Notes: generated from the sequence alone by a model not told the origin. A DNA stretch of 64,000 bases from Dimorphilus gyrociliatus (GCA_904063045.1 CAJFCJ010000012.1:2289180-2353179), one strand, 5' to 3'. Shown: positions 1 to 13,860, numbered from the stretch's first letter. Made by a program: numbers and translations.

Positions 1-551
1 TTGAGATATTCATGGTAGAATAATTAAATCGATCGTGATAGTTATAGATTATATTTAGAAAAAACTTTAATACCAAGATTAGAATTTTTTGATACTACGG
101 CAAAATTACATTCATTGTGTTGTAATGGCCTAATATAATATATAAAACCTATATAAATATTATAAGCATTATACTAGATTAAAGAATGAATACTGACCCG
201 TATTTTTAATGTTTCTTAATCAACTTTTTGTTTTTTATATCTATTTTGTGCGAAGGAATATATTTTATAACAAAAAATATGCTTTTATCATTTTTGTGTT
301 GGGTTAAATGTCTTCTAAATATTTAATAGTAATAAAAAGATGAAAAGGAAAATATTATCGTTTAGCCATACAATGCAAAATATTATGAAACATGCGGGAA
401 TCGTTAACAAGTACATTTTCATTTCCTTTTATTCAACAAAATGGCAATGTTGATAATTTTATCGATTTAATTTTTTTTTTGTTCTGTTAAAACTCTTATC
501 CCTTTTTCTTTTCTTTTCGTTTTTTTATGTTTTTTTTTTCTTTTCTTTTTT

Positions 552-1024
552 TTACATGGTAAATTCTGGAACACGTTTCTTTGCTACGACGCGAGCATCT
601 TCATCACCCTTAAAGGCTTGCTGCAAAAAAAAATACAAGAAACAGAATAAGAGTTTTATTAATCTATATATCCTTTTGTCTAAATGGTAATATAGCTATA
701 TATGTTATTACCTCTTCTTCCATGTCTTCATTTACCATCAATTTCCCTAGTTTTTCAATGAAAAGGATAAAACACAATTATATTTGCGGTAATACTCTAT
801 TACAAAGACTAGGCTGTTTGTCAAAAATAAATAGTAGATTGTTTAATTAAGAAAATATTACACTTTCATTAATTAATCTTTAACTAAATATCGTAAAAAG
901 TTTTTATTATAATTCATCTTTTTCTTTATTCTCTTCTATTGCCTTCCCTCTCTGCACCTGATACAGCTTTACCTCTCTCTTTCTTTTTCTTTTTACAGTC
1001 TATTCCCCACCTCTTCACAACGAA

Positions 1025-1061
<37 letters not shown>

Positions 1062-1468
1062 AGGTAGAGAGAGGGTGAGAAGGGGGCAAGAGAGATTATC
1101 AAAAGATTGGCTTACTCTCTATTATGTTAGCTAAAAGTGGATTTTCTTTCAAGTATTCGGCTATTTTCAGTTCATATGCTTCACCAGATTTATCGATATT
1201 CTTTTCGCCTTCACCAGCACTTGCTCGTAACTCCGCTTCTAGATCATCTTTCTGTTGGGAAATTACAAAATCTTATAAAATATCTAGAAAAGAGAAAAGA
1301 AAAAAGTGTTCTCATTATGGTTTTCCTTATTCGACCTGACGGACTGAATAACAGAGAGAGACGCCTTAGAAGACGCTTTTGTTTAATAGAGTTACAGATG
1401 GCAGATATTTTTAAGAAAGAAAGCGTTATAAAATAGTAACATATTGTGCAAAATAACAAGAAAAGAAA
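552..1468 (-). CDS. Small uncharacterised spliced gene (5' end unresolved); ...IKQKRLLRRLSLLFSPSDFVISQQKDDLEAELRAS...KKRVPEFTM*
   Basis: Four frame-consistent exons joined by GT-AG introns: <=1468-1336, 1271-1116, 746-712, 620-552. The upstream segment is hydrophobic (FLFLLFCTICYYFITLSFL). No ATG exon located and no family recognised. Confidence 0.5.
1031..1056. repeat. (AG)n microsatellite
   Basis: Perfect AG dinucleotide run. Confidence 0.95.
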
Positions 1469-2953
1469 CTAGATGTAGACAATAATTACCGTACGATTAC
1501 ATTAAAAACTGCGCATATATATTAGGTTCATAGAGAAATGTATAAGTAATAACATTTCAAAACATTCTTTATAATACTATATATACATCTATATATATAT
1601 ACAGTATAATGTATTCTTATATTTGATTTGTTTATCTTTAGATACGAGTGCAATTAAGATGCTATTAAGTCTCATTTAGTGTTTATATATCATTGCTCAT
1701 TGACGCTTTTTGCAATTAGCGTAATTCAATGATTCCTTTAATAAATCTTTCGGCCATCGATTTAGCTATTGATACACGTCACAAGGGAACAAGGACAATA
1801 ATATAAATTTTTATAGATTCGTTAAAGATTTAATAGGAAAATATGAGCTCTCAAACCGGAAATGTAACAATAAGACGAATATAGAAGGATATCTGATATA
1901 TTGTGAGATCTTCCAATTAGATTTTACAGTTCTTTCAAGTTCTTAATTGCAATTTCATTTTGATATATCTTCCATAATCATATTATTACATTTACATGTG
2001 TTTAACTTTTGTTTTGCGCTTAAATTTAATACAAAACGTGTTGGAAATAGAAATTCTAGATATATTTTTCCACTGTTTGTAATATAAAGGCGTTGCATTG
2101 CAGTATTGACGCGTCACCAAACAAACTGCAACGTTTGCAGTTGAGAAAAAGAATTGCTATTGTCGAATAAGTGGCGGTGTTAAATTTCTTTTTCTCTCAT
2201 GAATTAAGAATTTTATTTAGAATGTATTTTAACGATCTTATTCGAAAATCGAAAATTGGCTAACAAACTGAGACCATCAAAGTCAAGAATGAATGGCTAA
2301 ACAGAGAATAGTGAAAATGGATAAGGTAATATAAAATTCTAAATATAATTGAAAAGCGCTCATTTCTTTTTTATGTAAACATGCAAATAAATTTTGCTAT
2401 TGTTTATAAAAATTAAATAAAATGCAAGACTGATAGATAAACTTTTTCACTGTACCCCGACTAACAATAACCTCCTTTGCTCACCGCTCAACTATGTACT
2501 ATCTGGGTCAGTAGCCTCGATGAGCTCTTTCTCTCTTTATTTTTAACTTCAATCAAATTAAATGGCTTTTATCCTGAAAATCCTTCTCATTCTGTGTATT
2601 TTTTTCTAAGCTAGCTTTTTTATTTTCGTATCTTTTGTCTTCTCTTTATATATCTCTCTTTCTCTGTCATTTAAACAATTTTAAGTAATAAAAAAGAGGC
2701 TAAAATCTGTCATTAGTCATTTACATTTATGAAAATCTACCTTTTTTTCTATTAAACCCTTTAACCTTCGTTTAAATAAGCAATTTCGCTTATTTACACG
2801 TCTTTTTTTTTGCATAAGCAGTTAGTATTTGATCTTGCCACTCGTCAACGGTGGTTACTACTCAAATATGAACAATTAGTGTTAACAGTTGGTATATTCC
2901 CACAGAACATTGACTTCCGATAGCTATCGAACAAGCAGTTTTAGGGCTTGATA

Positions 2954-2957
<4 letters not shown>

Positions 2958-2986
<29 letters not shown>
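2958..2986. repeat. (TA)n microsatellite
   Basis: TA dinucleotide run. Confidence 0.95.
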
Positions 2987-2990
<4 letters not shown>

Positions 2991-4670
2991 TAAATTATAT
3001 GTATACTATACAGTATATCATGGAATATCATGCTAATCCACAAAATCTCCATCATTCAGTCAGTTTCATTCGATTAAAATTATTTCTGGGTATTTAAGTG
3101 TTTAAATAAAAATCCGACAAATCTCTTTAAATTACATTATCAACCTATCATTAAATATATATATTAGAAATATATATACTATATACTATATAAAATGAAT
3201 ATGTATTTAAGCGCTCTATTTTTAGTGTTTGTACATGTTACCTATCTGTTACAATTATATTTTCCCTTTATTCCCTGCCCGTTTGGTCTTTTTCTGTCTT
3301 TATTGGCAATGCCATACTAATTAAAATAGCTAATAGACATGTGGAAAAGAGAGGTAGTTTTTTTACAAAATTTTTCTCTTTTTTTCTTTCTTTCTTCATT
3401 CATCTATATCACTTTCTTTTGCCTCAAGCATAACTCTTTCTTTTATATATTCATTCATTCATCCTTTCTTTCTTTACCTAATGAAAGAAACCAAGAAATG
3501 GAATAAAAATATAAATCACTATAGAAAGAGACAGAGAGAGGGAGCGGGAGACCGAATAGAAATAGAGGGAAGAGGGAGAAAGATAAAGAAAGAATATAAG
3601 GATGAAAGGAGAATATGTTTATTTCAAAATTTAAAAGAAGAGAGGACTATGGTTATCAGTTAGATTGATTTATTTCGAGTTTATTTTTTAGAGTATTTTA
3701 TTCATTAACGAAATGGATTCAATCGCTAATAATAGGATTGGGATATAACTAGGCCGACTAGAAACGAATGCATAAAATCTTTTGCGAACAATTAATTGAA
3801 TGTTGCGTAATACCATAGGGCTTCCCAGTTCTCCAATTATAAACTTAATTCCAGTAGCTATTTTACTATGCCTATAGTTAACTAACTAACAATCGATCAG
3901 TTTTGATAATAAAAGAGATTTTGTAATTCGTAAAACACGGAGAAAACTATGCAATTCTGTAGACATTTTTTTGTATTTATCTCGATTTGCGGTGATTCAG
4001 TTAATGAAAGAGCCACCATGTTTCTTTTTCCCTTTTTATCCCAGTAACGAACTATTACTATCATTTACAAATTTCTCTTTTTTTATCCGACTCTCTGTTC
4101 TTATAGTAAATGGCAAAGAAAATTCCATTATATTATTTTATGAAATATATATGGGCTGCGAATAGGGAGAGGAAAAAGGGAGCGGGATGGGAGGTAGTTT
4201 ACCTTTTCCATATATGAAATTGTTTTTGCTCTATCAGCATATCGCATCAGCGTATTGAAATATATTGGCGTCAATATTTTGTTATTTGTTTAAATATTTT
4301 ACTCTATATTTAGTTAGATGCATATAGAAAATAGAAAACTGTAGCAAACTCTACACTCCATTAATCTCTTACTGGATTATTTTAAGAGCCAAAATACCAT
4401 TTCTATGCATAAAATATGACCGATTTTCCCTGCATGAACAGATTTTCGATAAATAACGAGATTACAGAAGAACTATGCCTTCACTTTCCAAAGAAGATTA
4501 ACTGAAGTTCTAAAAGCAACAAAGAAAACAAACAAAACTATAGATTGAAAAATATTAAATGACTATTGTAGTCTTCGTATCAAACAGTCAGCTGCAAAAT
4601 TCTCTATAAGTAAATGCCTTATCTAGAGAGCAATTGTGGTTCTCCCATATAAAAATAACTTATTCTATTA

Positions 4671-5463
4671 TTATTTCCCCTTTTTACTCTCTTCCTCTGA
4701 CCGCCTCCTTTGGATATTGGATTCAATGGATGCTCGCATTCTTAACGTTTTAAATAGCAGCTGCTCTTTTATACGCTTTTTGTTACCTCTTAATGGGATG
4801 ACAAGATCTTTTAGAAGCATATGCGACAAAGAAAAGACGCGTTTGAATAATTCTCGAACAGAGTGATGAGGGTCAAAAATGAGAGGCTAAATATCTCTCT
4901 CAAAGCACGTATACTGCTACTTACGATCTCGTTGGGTACAGATTGTACACTAGTTGATTTCTTTTCTGCAGGGGCCGCAAAAACTGAAAAGGCAAAATAT
5001 AAAAAGAAAGATTATAAACAAACAGAAGGAGGAGCAAACAGTAAAACAATAAAAATTCTATAAAAACAGGCAAAGAAAGATAAGATATTTCATTAAATAT
5101 ACCGAAATATTTCTATATATATATAAATATATATTTTTATGTCTACTTTTGATTTATTAAACTCTTACTGCTGTTTATATTGCTTTTTAAAAGGTTTGTC
5201 AATTTTTCTCCTCTAATTATTCTTATTAGAAATGGAAGATTTTTAAACGAAGCTATTTTTAAATCTATATAACATCATCTCTTTTTTTCTATATCTACTT
5301 TTCCTCTTCTTTTTATAGAAATCGAACGATATATCAACAATAAAATGTATATATTATATTTAGGTTAAAATAATTAATAAGGATAATTTGAATAGCTTAT
5401 CAAAACCCACTTACCGCTTAGAATACAAATTAGCAACAAGGCTAACGAGACTGTCGACTTCAT
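4671..5463 (-). CDS. Predicted small secreted protein / peptide precursor (not in ORF track)
   Basis: Exon 5463-5415 encodes MKSTVSLALLLICILS and ends in a phase-1 GTAAGT donor. Exon 4983- follows a pyrimidine tract plus CAG and continues in frame (VFAAPAEKKSTSVQSVPNEI). The 3' structure is ambiguous: read-through stop at 4811, or splice to exon 4886-4671. Confidence 0.65.
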
Positions 5464-5521
5464 CTTCGCTTTTAAGCGGCGAAGACGAAAGTATTTTGGT
5501 TGAAAAGGGAAAGAGCAAAGG

Positions 5522-5540
5522 TAGCGCCACCTGGTGAGGG
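5522..5540 (-). promoter_or_regulatory. CTCF-like binding motif
   Basis: CCCTCACCAGGTGGCGCTA closely matches the CTCF core CCASYAGRKGGCRS and stands out in an AT-rich background. Confidence 0.55.
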
Positions 5541-7034
5541 AATTAAGATCATTTAATTATTAATACGTTGTCAGGAAATTGGGTAGTGAAGGGACTAAGA
5601 AAATGTTTTTTGGTAAATTATCTCTTAGAGGATGAGTGACTCTCGTTTCTGACAATCTTAAACACAGCAATTTTTTTTCCTTTATTTGTTTTACGTACTA
5701 AAAAGAGGAAAATAAAAACGTATCGTTTAATCAACTTTTCCCTCTCATAAAATCAAGTTAACAAGCCGTGGCTAAAAAAGAAGAGGAAGAGAACGTCATC
5801 TGTCAAAATATCAAATTGTAAAGAGAAATTTCATATAGATATTCAATATGGGTTTCTAAAACAACAGATTATACAAAACATATTGTATTCTTTGCAAAGT
5901 TTTACCCCACTGCAACTAGTATACAATATAGATATACAATATATATAAGTTATATATCCATAAATTATGTAAAGATCTTTTGGTAGAGGAAATAGAAATT
6001 TCCTCCAATTTGGATATGTTTTTTCTAAATGTCGGCGGATCTCTCTCAAATGTATTTCATCTTAAAGTCTAACTACATTGAATGTCAATGGGAAACCCTT
6101 CATTTAGCGTTTATAATAATCTCTGTGGATATAATATTAGATATATATATGCTTTAATACAGTATAGGCATATTTATATATATATATATATAAATACATA
6201 AATTTATATACACTATACATTTATAAATAAAACCCCCAGGAGTTGAGATCATTTCAATGTTTCTACTTAGGAGTTTGGCTAAGATAAAAGGAGTTGGGGC
6301 TTGACAAAAAGCATCCCTATGGGGTTTTTCAGTTATCAAATTCTCTTCTCTTTCTTCCTCTTCCCCCTTTATTTTCCTACACATTCTCTTCCTCTCAATT
6401 TCTTATTCTACATTTACCAATAATATAAACACAAGCCCCTTATATATGGAATAATATAAGCTGTATCAGATTTAGAAATACAGTATATATATATGGCTGA
6501 TATTTTCTTCTTAAAACTATTAGATAGCCACTCAGAAACGCTATTTACTATATAAACTATAGTACCAAAATGAATCGGTTCTTAGTAGCAATATTACCTT
6601 ATTACCTTTAATCATAGTCCAAGGCCATAAAATCGCTCTTATGTAAGACTATAGATATTATACAAGTATGCACAGCATTACCATAAAAAGCTGATTTTTG
6701 ATTTTAAATAGACAACAAATTGATATTAAAATATTAAAGTCATCTAATAAAAGGAAGTCTAGACTTTAAATACTGATAATTTAGTTCGTTTAGAGATATT
6801 TTAACTTTACATTTTCTATCAGTTAATAGCTAATATAGTATATTTCCATCACTTAATCCTCTTCTTCTTCTTCTTCTTCTTACAATTCAAGTATATTAAA
6901 TACGCCATCTGAAGTATTTTATTCGAGTCATACTGTTGATATCTTTTACCACCTCTTTTAGATAACCAGGGGCAAAAAGTTGGTCGTTACGCTTAAGGTT
7001 ATAATCACTTTGCTGACTTTAACAGAAGAGAAAA

Positions 7035-8237
7035 ATGCCAACAAACTTTCGAATCCGCCATTATGTTTGCAACTGGAAGCGAGAATTTTCATCAAAGTCT
7101 TTAGGGTTTAATCACGGAAATTGTAGAGACTTTGAAAGGTCTCAATGGCCAGCTTTTAATAAATATGTCTTTTTAACTTATCGATGTCTTATGGCTATTT
7201 ATCATATAATCATTATAATTTTAACTGGAGCTCGTCCTCATAAAGAGTGGATGGTGGAGAACACCCGTAATTATAGGTATTTTTCATCAAATTCTCTTTC
7301 AATTTTGTCTTTATTGCTTTTTTCAAGTATATCAATAAGTATTTAATTTACAAGATAACACATATACTGTATACATACTGTATATCAATTGATGTAAATT
7401 CAAAGGCAAAGGTTACCAATAATCGATTTTTATATAATTATTCGACCTTTAATCTTTAATTTTTTTTTTCCTTTTGACGTCATTGATTAAATAAGTACTT
7501 TAATTTTCTTTTCTCCTTCATTAGAATTCGTTGGTTTATATATCTTACTAACTGGAGCTTTTTTATGATAACTTTAACAACAATTACGCAATGTCTTGTT
7601 GTAATTTATTCAATGTTTAGGAAACAATGTTTTGGTGAATATTTTAATAACAATCCAATTATTTATTAAGAAAGTAAAACTTTTCTTAATATCTTCAACA
7701 GTAGAGAAAATTCAATGGTACCATAGGATTGTTTGGCTTATATATAATCTTAGTCTCTCTGTTCCTTTATTCGCGGGCCTTATTTATTGGATGTTTATCT
7801 ACAAAGGTGGCAATCTTCTCTATCTTGATCTATTAACTCACGGAACAACCTGTCTTTATATAATTATAGATGTTGTCATTGTCGCTATTCCTTTACGCGT
7901 CTTACATTGCCTTTATAGTATGATTTTCTGTTTAACCTATTTTGTCTTTTCCGCCGTGTACGTTGTACTAGGTGGTCGAAACTTTCAAGATAAGCCTTAT
8001 ATATATTCAATACTCGATTTTAAAACTTCAACAGCAAAATCTGTACTTTTATCTGCGCTTGTAGTTTTAATTGTAATACCTATCATACATCTTTTATTCT
8101 ATTTAATTTATACTTTTAAGCTTTTAATTTACTCGAGATGTATCCTTAGAAAGCAATTTACAATCTCCTCAGCCGACCTTGTTAGTCAAGAGGAAGAATT
8201 GAAAGTGCAGAGTTATACTAGGACCATAAAAAAGTGA
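7035..8237 (+). CDS. Rolling-stone-like multipass membrane protein
   Basis: Exons 7035-7276, 7525-7634, 7701-8237 are in frame. Motifs F..SQW, WFIYLTNW, G.IYW, H, Y.ILD are typical of the rolling stone (rost) family. Confidence 0.85.
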
Positions 8238-9054
8238 CTAGATTAATCTATATTTGACTAAGTCAATTTTTTTAATTGATATTTCATCAAGATTAATCTT
8301 ATTCAATTTTATTCTTTTCCTTCTTTTTTACTTGTCAATCGCATGTTTTTTTATTAAATTTAGTCTATTTATACTTTAATATATAAGCTTATTTAACTAT
8401 TTTCGGATTTCTTAATGAATATAAACAGTATTTTATATATAATATATTTACTCCTAATCTCTTCTATTAGCTACTTGGAAATGCAATTGTCCCGTCCTGG
8501 GCAGTAGTGTCATCTACTGTCTATATTCAACAGTCGTATTTATTTTGCAAAATCTTATTTTAACCTTATTATAATTAATAATCAATAGCTAATTCGCTTT
8601 AAATAATAATGAGAGAAAGAAAGTAGGCCTATACTATTAAAAAAATAATTAAATAAAAATATTTTGCTATTGGTTACTATGAGTGCTACAACTTTCAATT
8701 GTTAATCTTATCGACGGGCAAAAGATTGATAAGATTTCAGTTCATTTGTTCATAATAAACTCTTTCTTTATTGTTAATTCGGCTTTTCTGTTTAGTAAAA
8801 AGATTGAAAAAGAAAAGAATGTTTGTCAAACATTTGTTCTATTATTTTTTCTCTAATATTCTTATTCTGTATTATCAATATATCAATTAAAAAAATGAAA
8901 TATATATGAAATATGATCATTTCTATTGCATATTCTCTTTACTATACATTTTTTATTAATTTCTTGGTTTATTAATATTAATAATATAATCACTATTTAG
9001 TTCTTTGCTTTTTGTTATGTTTTTGTTATTTTTTTTGCTTTTAATTTCATTATT

Positions 9055-9134
9055 TCTCTTCTTCTTCTTCTTCTTCTTCTTCTTCTTCTTCTTCTTTATC
9101 TTCTTCTTCTTCTTCCTCTTCTTCTTCTTCTTCT
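9055..9134. repeat. (CTT/GAA)n trinucleotide microsatellite directly 3' of the SLC6 stop
   Basis: Long CTT run with two interruptions. Confidence 0.95.
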
Positions 9135-9135
9135 C

Positions 9136-11942
9136 TTACAACTGTGAGGTTTGAGATATATTTACAATATCTCCATTTCTCCTGCTTAGAGACCAATTAT
9201 CCGATGTATATATTGAACCTGTCCCAAAATTTCTGCTATTAGATAGATTTCTTCGTGGTGATGGTAGTACGTATCTTGTATTCTCTCTATCTTCTAAATT
9301 TGCCGGACCCCAACTTTCAGCGGGCTTTGATTCTTCTCTTATAACTCTCCAACCTCCTTTTCTACACCATTGTATAACAAAAACAATTGGTATCCATATG
9401 GCTACTCCGCCGACCATAAGCCAGCCGAGGACGGCACCCCAAGATGGATAAACGACATTATTAACAATAGGCATTTTAAATTGAACTGCTTTAAAGATAA
9501 GGATTCCCTAGAAAAAGAGAGTAAACAGAAAAACGACATTCAAAAAGAATTATTATCCCTACACTCGTGTGCCTAATTACTTACAACTATCAAGAGAGGA
9601 GATAGAAAGCACCATGTGACTTGAAAGTAGATGCCTGGCTTCTTTCCAATCATTAGTGAGATATCTTCTGCAAATCTAGAATATCCGTAAACCATCGTAA
9701 CAACTAACAATTCAAACAATCCCGTTATCAGTCTAGGAAAACCGCCAGCGAATTCATTGACAAGACTAAACAAATAGAATCCTCCCTTTTTTTTAAATAA
9801 AGAATCAGTATTAAAACTTTCAATACGTTGATGTTTTTTATACAATAGAGACACTTACTTTAGTTACCATTGGTAACGATATTAGATAAAATATGACGAT
9901 ACAAACGCCCCTAAAAATTATAGGTCTTGTTGAGTTACATCTCAAGGTATCTGGAAATTCGTCCATCAACATTACAAAGAACGATTCGACCATTGAAAAC
10001 TAAATTAAAAACAGGATAAATTGATAAAGGAATAAAGAATAATAAATCTTTTTAAGATTCTTACCAAAGAACTGAAACCCAATGTTAACATCATTATAAA
10101 GAAGAGAATAGAGAAGACTGTACCCCCTGCCATCCTTGATAAAGCTTCTGGATACACAACAAAAACTAAACCAGGTCCAGTGGCTGCTACATCGGAAACT
10201 TCTACACCTTTTTCCTTCGCCATAAAGCCAAGTACGCTAAAGATTGCGAAACCGGCAAACAGAGAAGTACCACAATTTATAAATGGTACAATCATGGAAT
10301 CGCGAAAAGTATTATTCTTGAATTTATTATAAGAAGCCATAGCAATCAGACCACCAGTACATGTACTTAAAGAGTAGAAAATTTGAGAAGCGGCATCGCT
10401 CCAAACCGACGACTCTTTTAATTTTGCTATATCAGGTTTCAAGTAAAATTCTATACCCTTACTGGCTCCTGGTAGAGTCGCTCCTCTAACAAGCATAACT
10501 GTCATCATGATATAAGGGAATGTCGATGTAAAATAGACGACTTTTCCTAATGAGGATATTCCCTTAAGTAAGACAACAAATACAATAACCCAGGCTAATA
10601 GTAAGCATAAAGCCAATTGCCAAACAATTCCACCAGGTTCATCAAGTCCACTTGAAGATTTTAAGACTTGATTATAAAAGTACTCTTCGCTAGGAGTCTT
10701 TATTTCTGCTCTAGTGATATTCCGATCTAAAATATAGCGTTATTAACAGTTAATTTATGGAGAGTAAAATCATTCTATTGACTATTTTACCTTTTATAAT
10801 TTGCTCTAATAGTGTAGAATTTGCGAAAATATTACTAGTTATGCACTTATTGGTATTCCAGGAATTTGCGCAATCTTTCCAAGGTAATGGACCCATACTA
10901 CGGATAGAGGTATATATGTATTTATATATAAAAAATTTATAGACTTAGATTATCTATTAATTTGAACTAAAGTCGTAAATTAATTTTCTCTACCTTGCGA
11001 AGAAAAAGAATAGGATGTAGGACATCAATATACAGTAGGAGAGAGCTACCATAAGTCCAACGGACATCATTGCCACACCTACACCCTTGAATAAAGGGCT
11101 TAGATTCCAGATAGCCAAGGGTCCCAACGAGGCAAATTGACCAAGACATATTTCGAAGAAGAATACCGGTATTCCTAGTAGAATCAGCATAAGAATGTAG
11201 GGAATAAGGAAAGCTCCACCACCATTTTGAAAGGTAAGATAAGGGAATCTCCAAACATTTCCTAAGCCAACAGCATATCCAACGCAGGTTAGTATAAATT
11301 CTAATTGACCTCCCCAAGAACCTCTCTCAACTTCAGCCTAAGTCAGATTTAAAAAGAGAAAACAAATGTTTTTTTCTTTACTATTTTAGGTCATAAAATC
11401 ATGTCATGTAATATCGATAAAGTACTTTTTGTTCTTGTAAGAAATCTATATATTCTATTCAGAATGCGATTGTTTAAAAATATGCGAATTGTAAAGGCTA
11501 TTTTCTCGTTCATAGGGTTGAATAACAATAACAAATAAGAATAAGAAAGTTAAGAGAAGAGGAGAGAATAGAAGAAACGAAAAAGACATTAAAGGTCATT
11601 GGTCTCCTAAATTAAATATAAATAAAGACAGTGGGCGTGCTAACAATAATTCGATGACGAACGACAAATGTTTATTCATAATCTTGTTACAAAATCCCTT
11701 CATTCATAAAATTTTAAACAATTTTTCTTCTATGCATTGTATTAGCCCTTCTATCTTTTTGATTTATTCAACATACATATAAGATAATAATTAATAAAAT
11801 TGGCATATTATCAAATTCTCTTTCTCTCCCCTCTTCTCTCTCACACACTATTGTGTGTATCCATCCCTTAACTTTCTTACTCCAATACTAAATGACGTTT
11901 ATAAATGCTTTATGAAGTAATTTTGTATTAAAAACTTACCAT
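9136..11942 (-). CDS. SLC6 sodium:neurotransmitter/amino-acid symporter (glycine/proline/nutrient amino-acid-like)
   Basis: Family signatures [35 protein letters not shown]...WNT..C, GKVVYF, W.DAA.QIF.SL, GPGL.F.VYPEAL, YP.W. About 7 exons. The start is probably a lone ATG at the end of an exon (11942-11940, followed by GTAAG). Confidence 0.93.
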
Positions 11943-11978
11943 TTAGGATTTTAATTTCCTTCAAAATACTAGAATATT

Positions 11979-12010
<32 letters not shown>

Positions 12011-13086
12011 AATACCGTTTAATATCCTTTCAACGCACTGTTTCTTCTATTGTATTTGTATTTAAAAATAGCTATTTTAATCTAAATATCTTCAAGTTTT
12101 CTTACTATTTTCCTTTCTTTCCTACTTTAATTATTCCTATTTCTTGTCTTATCTTTCCAATTCTCTTTCTCCTAACAACGATAATCTATAATTTACAATT
12201 ATTTTCTTTCAAATTTCTTGAGATATTTCTTATAAACTTTTACTTTATAACAGTACTTAGGCAATCAAAGTTTTTTAACTGATATAATAACTGAGATGGT
12301 GAGGTAGACATATAGCTCTGCGTTATCAGAGAAAAGTAGTTATCTATAATTTGTGATACACGAATAGAATTAGTGCTATATCTATAAGTCATAATTTACA
12401 TTATAGTTGAATTTATTAGATCAAATATTTCTTATCACAACTACTAAATTGATAAGAATATTTTTTTATATAGGGATTTATTTATGATAAGAATTTTCTT
12501 GTTTTATTTCTTTTCGTTTACTTTATCAATTACGATAATATTTAACCTTCTTCTCTCTTTTTATAGTGATTGCCACTTTTACAAGTTACGTCACCACCTA
12601 CTGAATGAGATGGACGTTAACACCGTTGAATTCCTAAACGCATTCATCACCACTCTTATTACATAAGAGGAGATTATCGGGGGATTAGAGGATAAATACA
12701 ACCTTTTAAAAACATTATTCGTTGCGAAAGAGTACTAGAAAACGCGTCTCCTTTAATATATAAAGTATACAGATAATGTAATTTTGGAAAGTAATGATTT
12801 GATAATTATTCAGGAATATTGAAACAATTGACCGAAACCTAATTATTAACATATCTTTGTTTCTTAGTTATTTATCGTTCTGTTTGTTTTTATACATATA
12901 TGTATAATTGTATTCATTAATTTATTCATTAGTCTGACTTTTACAACATAAAACATTCTCTACATTTGAGTGTATTCGCATAACATTCAATAGTTTCTCT
13001 CTTCTTTGTCTCTTATTTACCCTAACTAACTTGTCCTATTTTAAGATCAATTCAAAAATAATCGACTATAATAGAGTGTATATAAG

Positions 13087-13087
<1 letters not shown>

Positions 13088-13124
<37 letters not shown>
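13088..13124. repeat. (TA)n microsatellite
   Basis: TA run of about 18 units. Confidence 0.95.
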
Positions 13125-13127
<3 letters not shown>

Positions 13128-13860
13128 ATATTCGCCTAGTAAAGACGCCCCTCTCTATTAATATAAGCAAACTTCACTTCATATGATAGTTTATGAATTA
13201 TGCAATAGAAAAAAAGCTGTTGAAATCTTTATGAACCTTTTTATGTTTTTCTATGCCTCTCCCTTTTTTGGTTCACCATTTTTTTTTTTGAAATTATATT
13301 TAGATCAATTGACAAGGAACTTGTTGATTTTTTCGTTACAAAATAAACATTTTGCTGGCCAACATACTTATGAGAAAAGGAAGAGAAAACAAACAGGATA
13401 AAGTTGACTTTTTAATTATAATTATTATAAATAAATAGATAGAATTCATTAGAGAAAAAAGTATAATAAATCAATGAATGAGACTATTAATTGAAATGAA
13501 AAAAGACAAAATATGATATACAATAAACTTTTTAGTTAGAATAAAGCAAACTTTATCAAAATGATCATCTATTTCTTCTTATTTGTTTGTATTGGTCTTT
13601 TTTCCAATTGAATTTACATTGAATTAGTCAACTTATTATTAAAATTAGTTCTTCCTTTCGTTTTCTCTCTGTTATAATATAGAAAAAACATAACAAATAA
13701 ATTAAGCAAAGCTTTTGCGTGCAATACATGAATGTTTAAAAGTATACTAGGGAATGTAACTCGGCGACCGTTAACAACCAACAAATATTGATTAGTTGTC
13801 GGAGTAACTGGAAACTTGTTCACTTTTTTTTACTTCGTTTTACACTTTTGAATAGTCAAC

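Noticed and set aside
5843-6062. Protein-like minus frame EIHLREIRRHLEKTYPNWRKFLFPLPKDL
   Set aside because: Could not be chained to a start or to downstream exons; it degrades into TA-rich sequence.
6244-6253. TGAGATCATT, matching the 5' end of bantam miRNA
   Set aside because: The match stops after 10 nt and there is no convincing precursor hairpin.
6229-6329. Short inverted ends AAAACCCC/GGGGTTTT suggesting a MITE
   Set aside because: Only 8-9 bp, no second copy in the window, and no clear target-site duplication.
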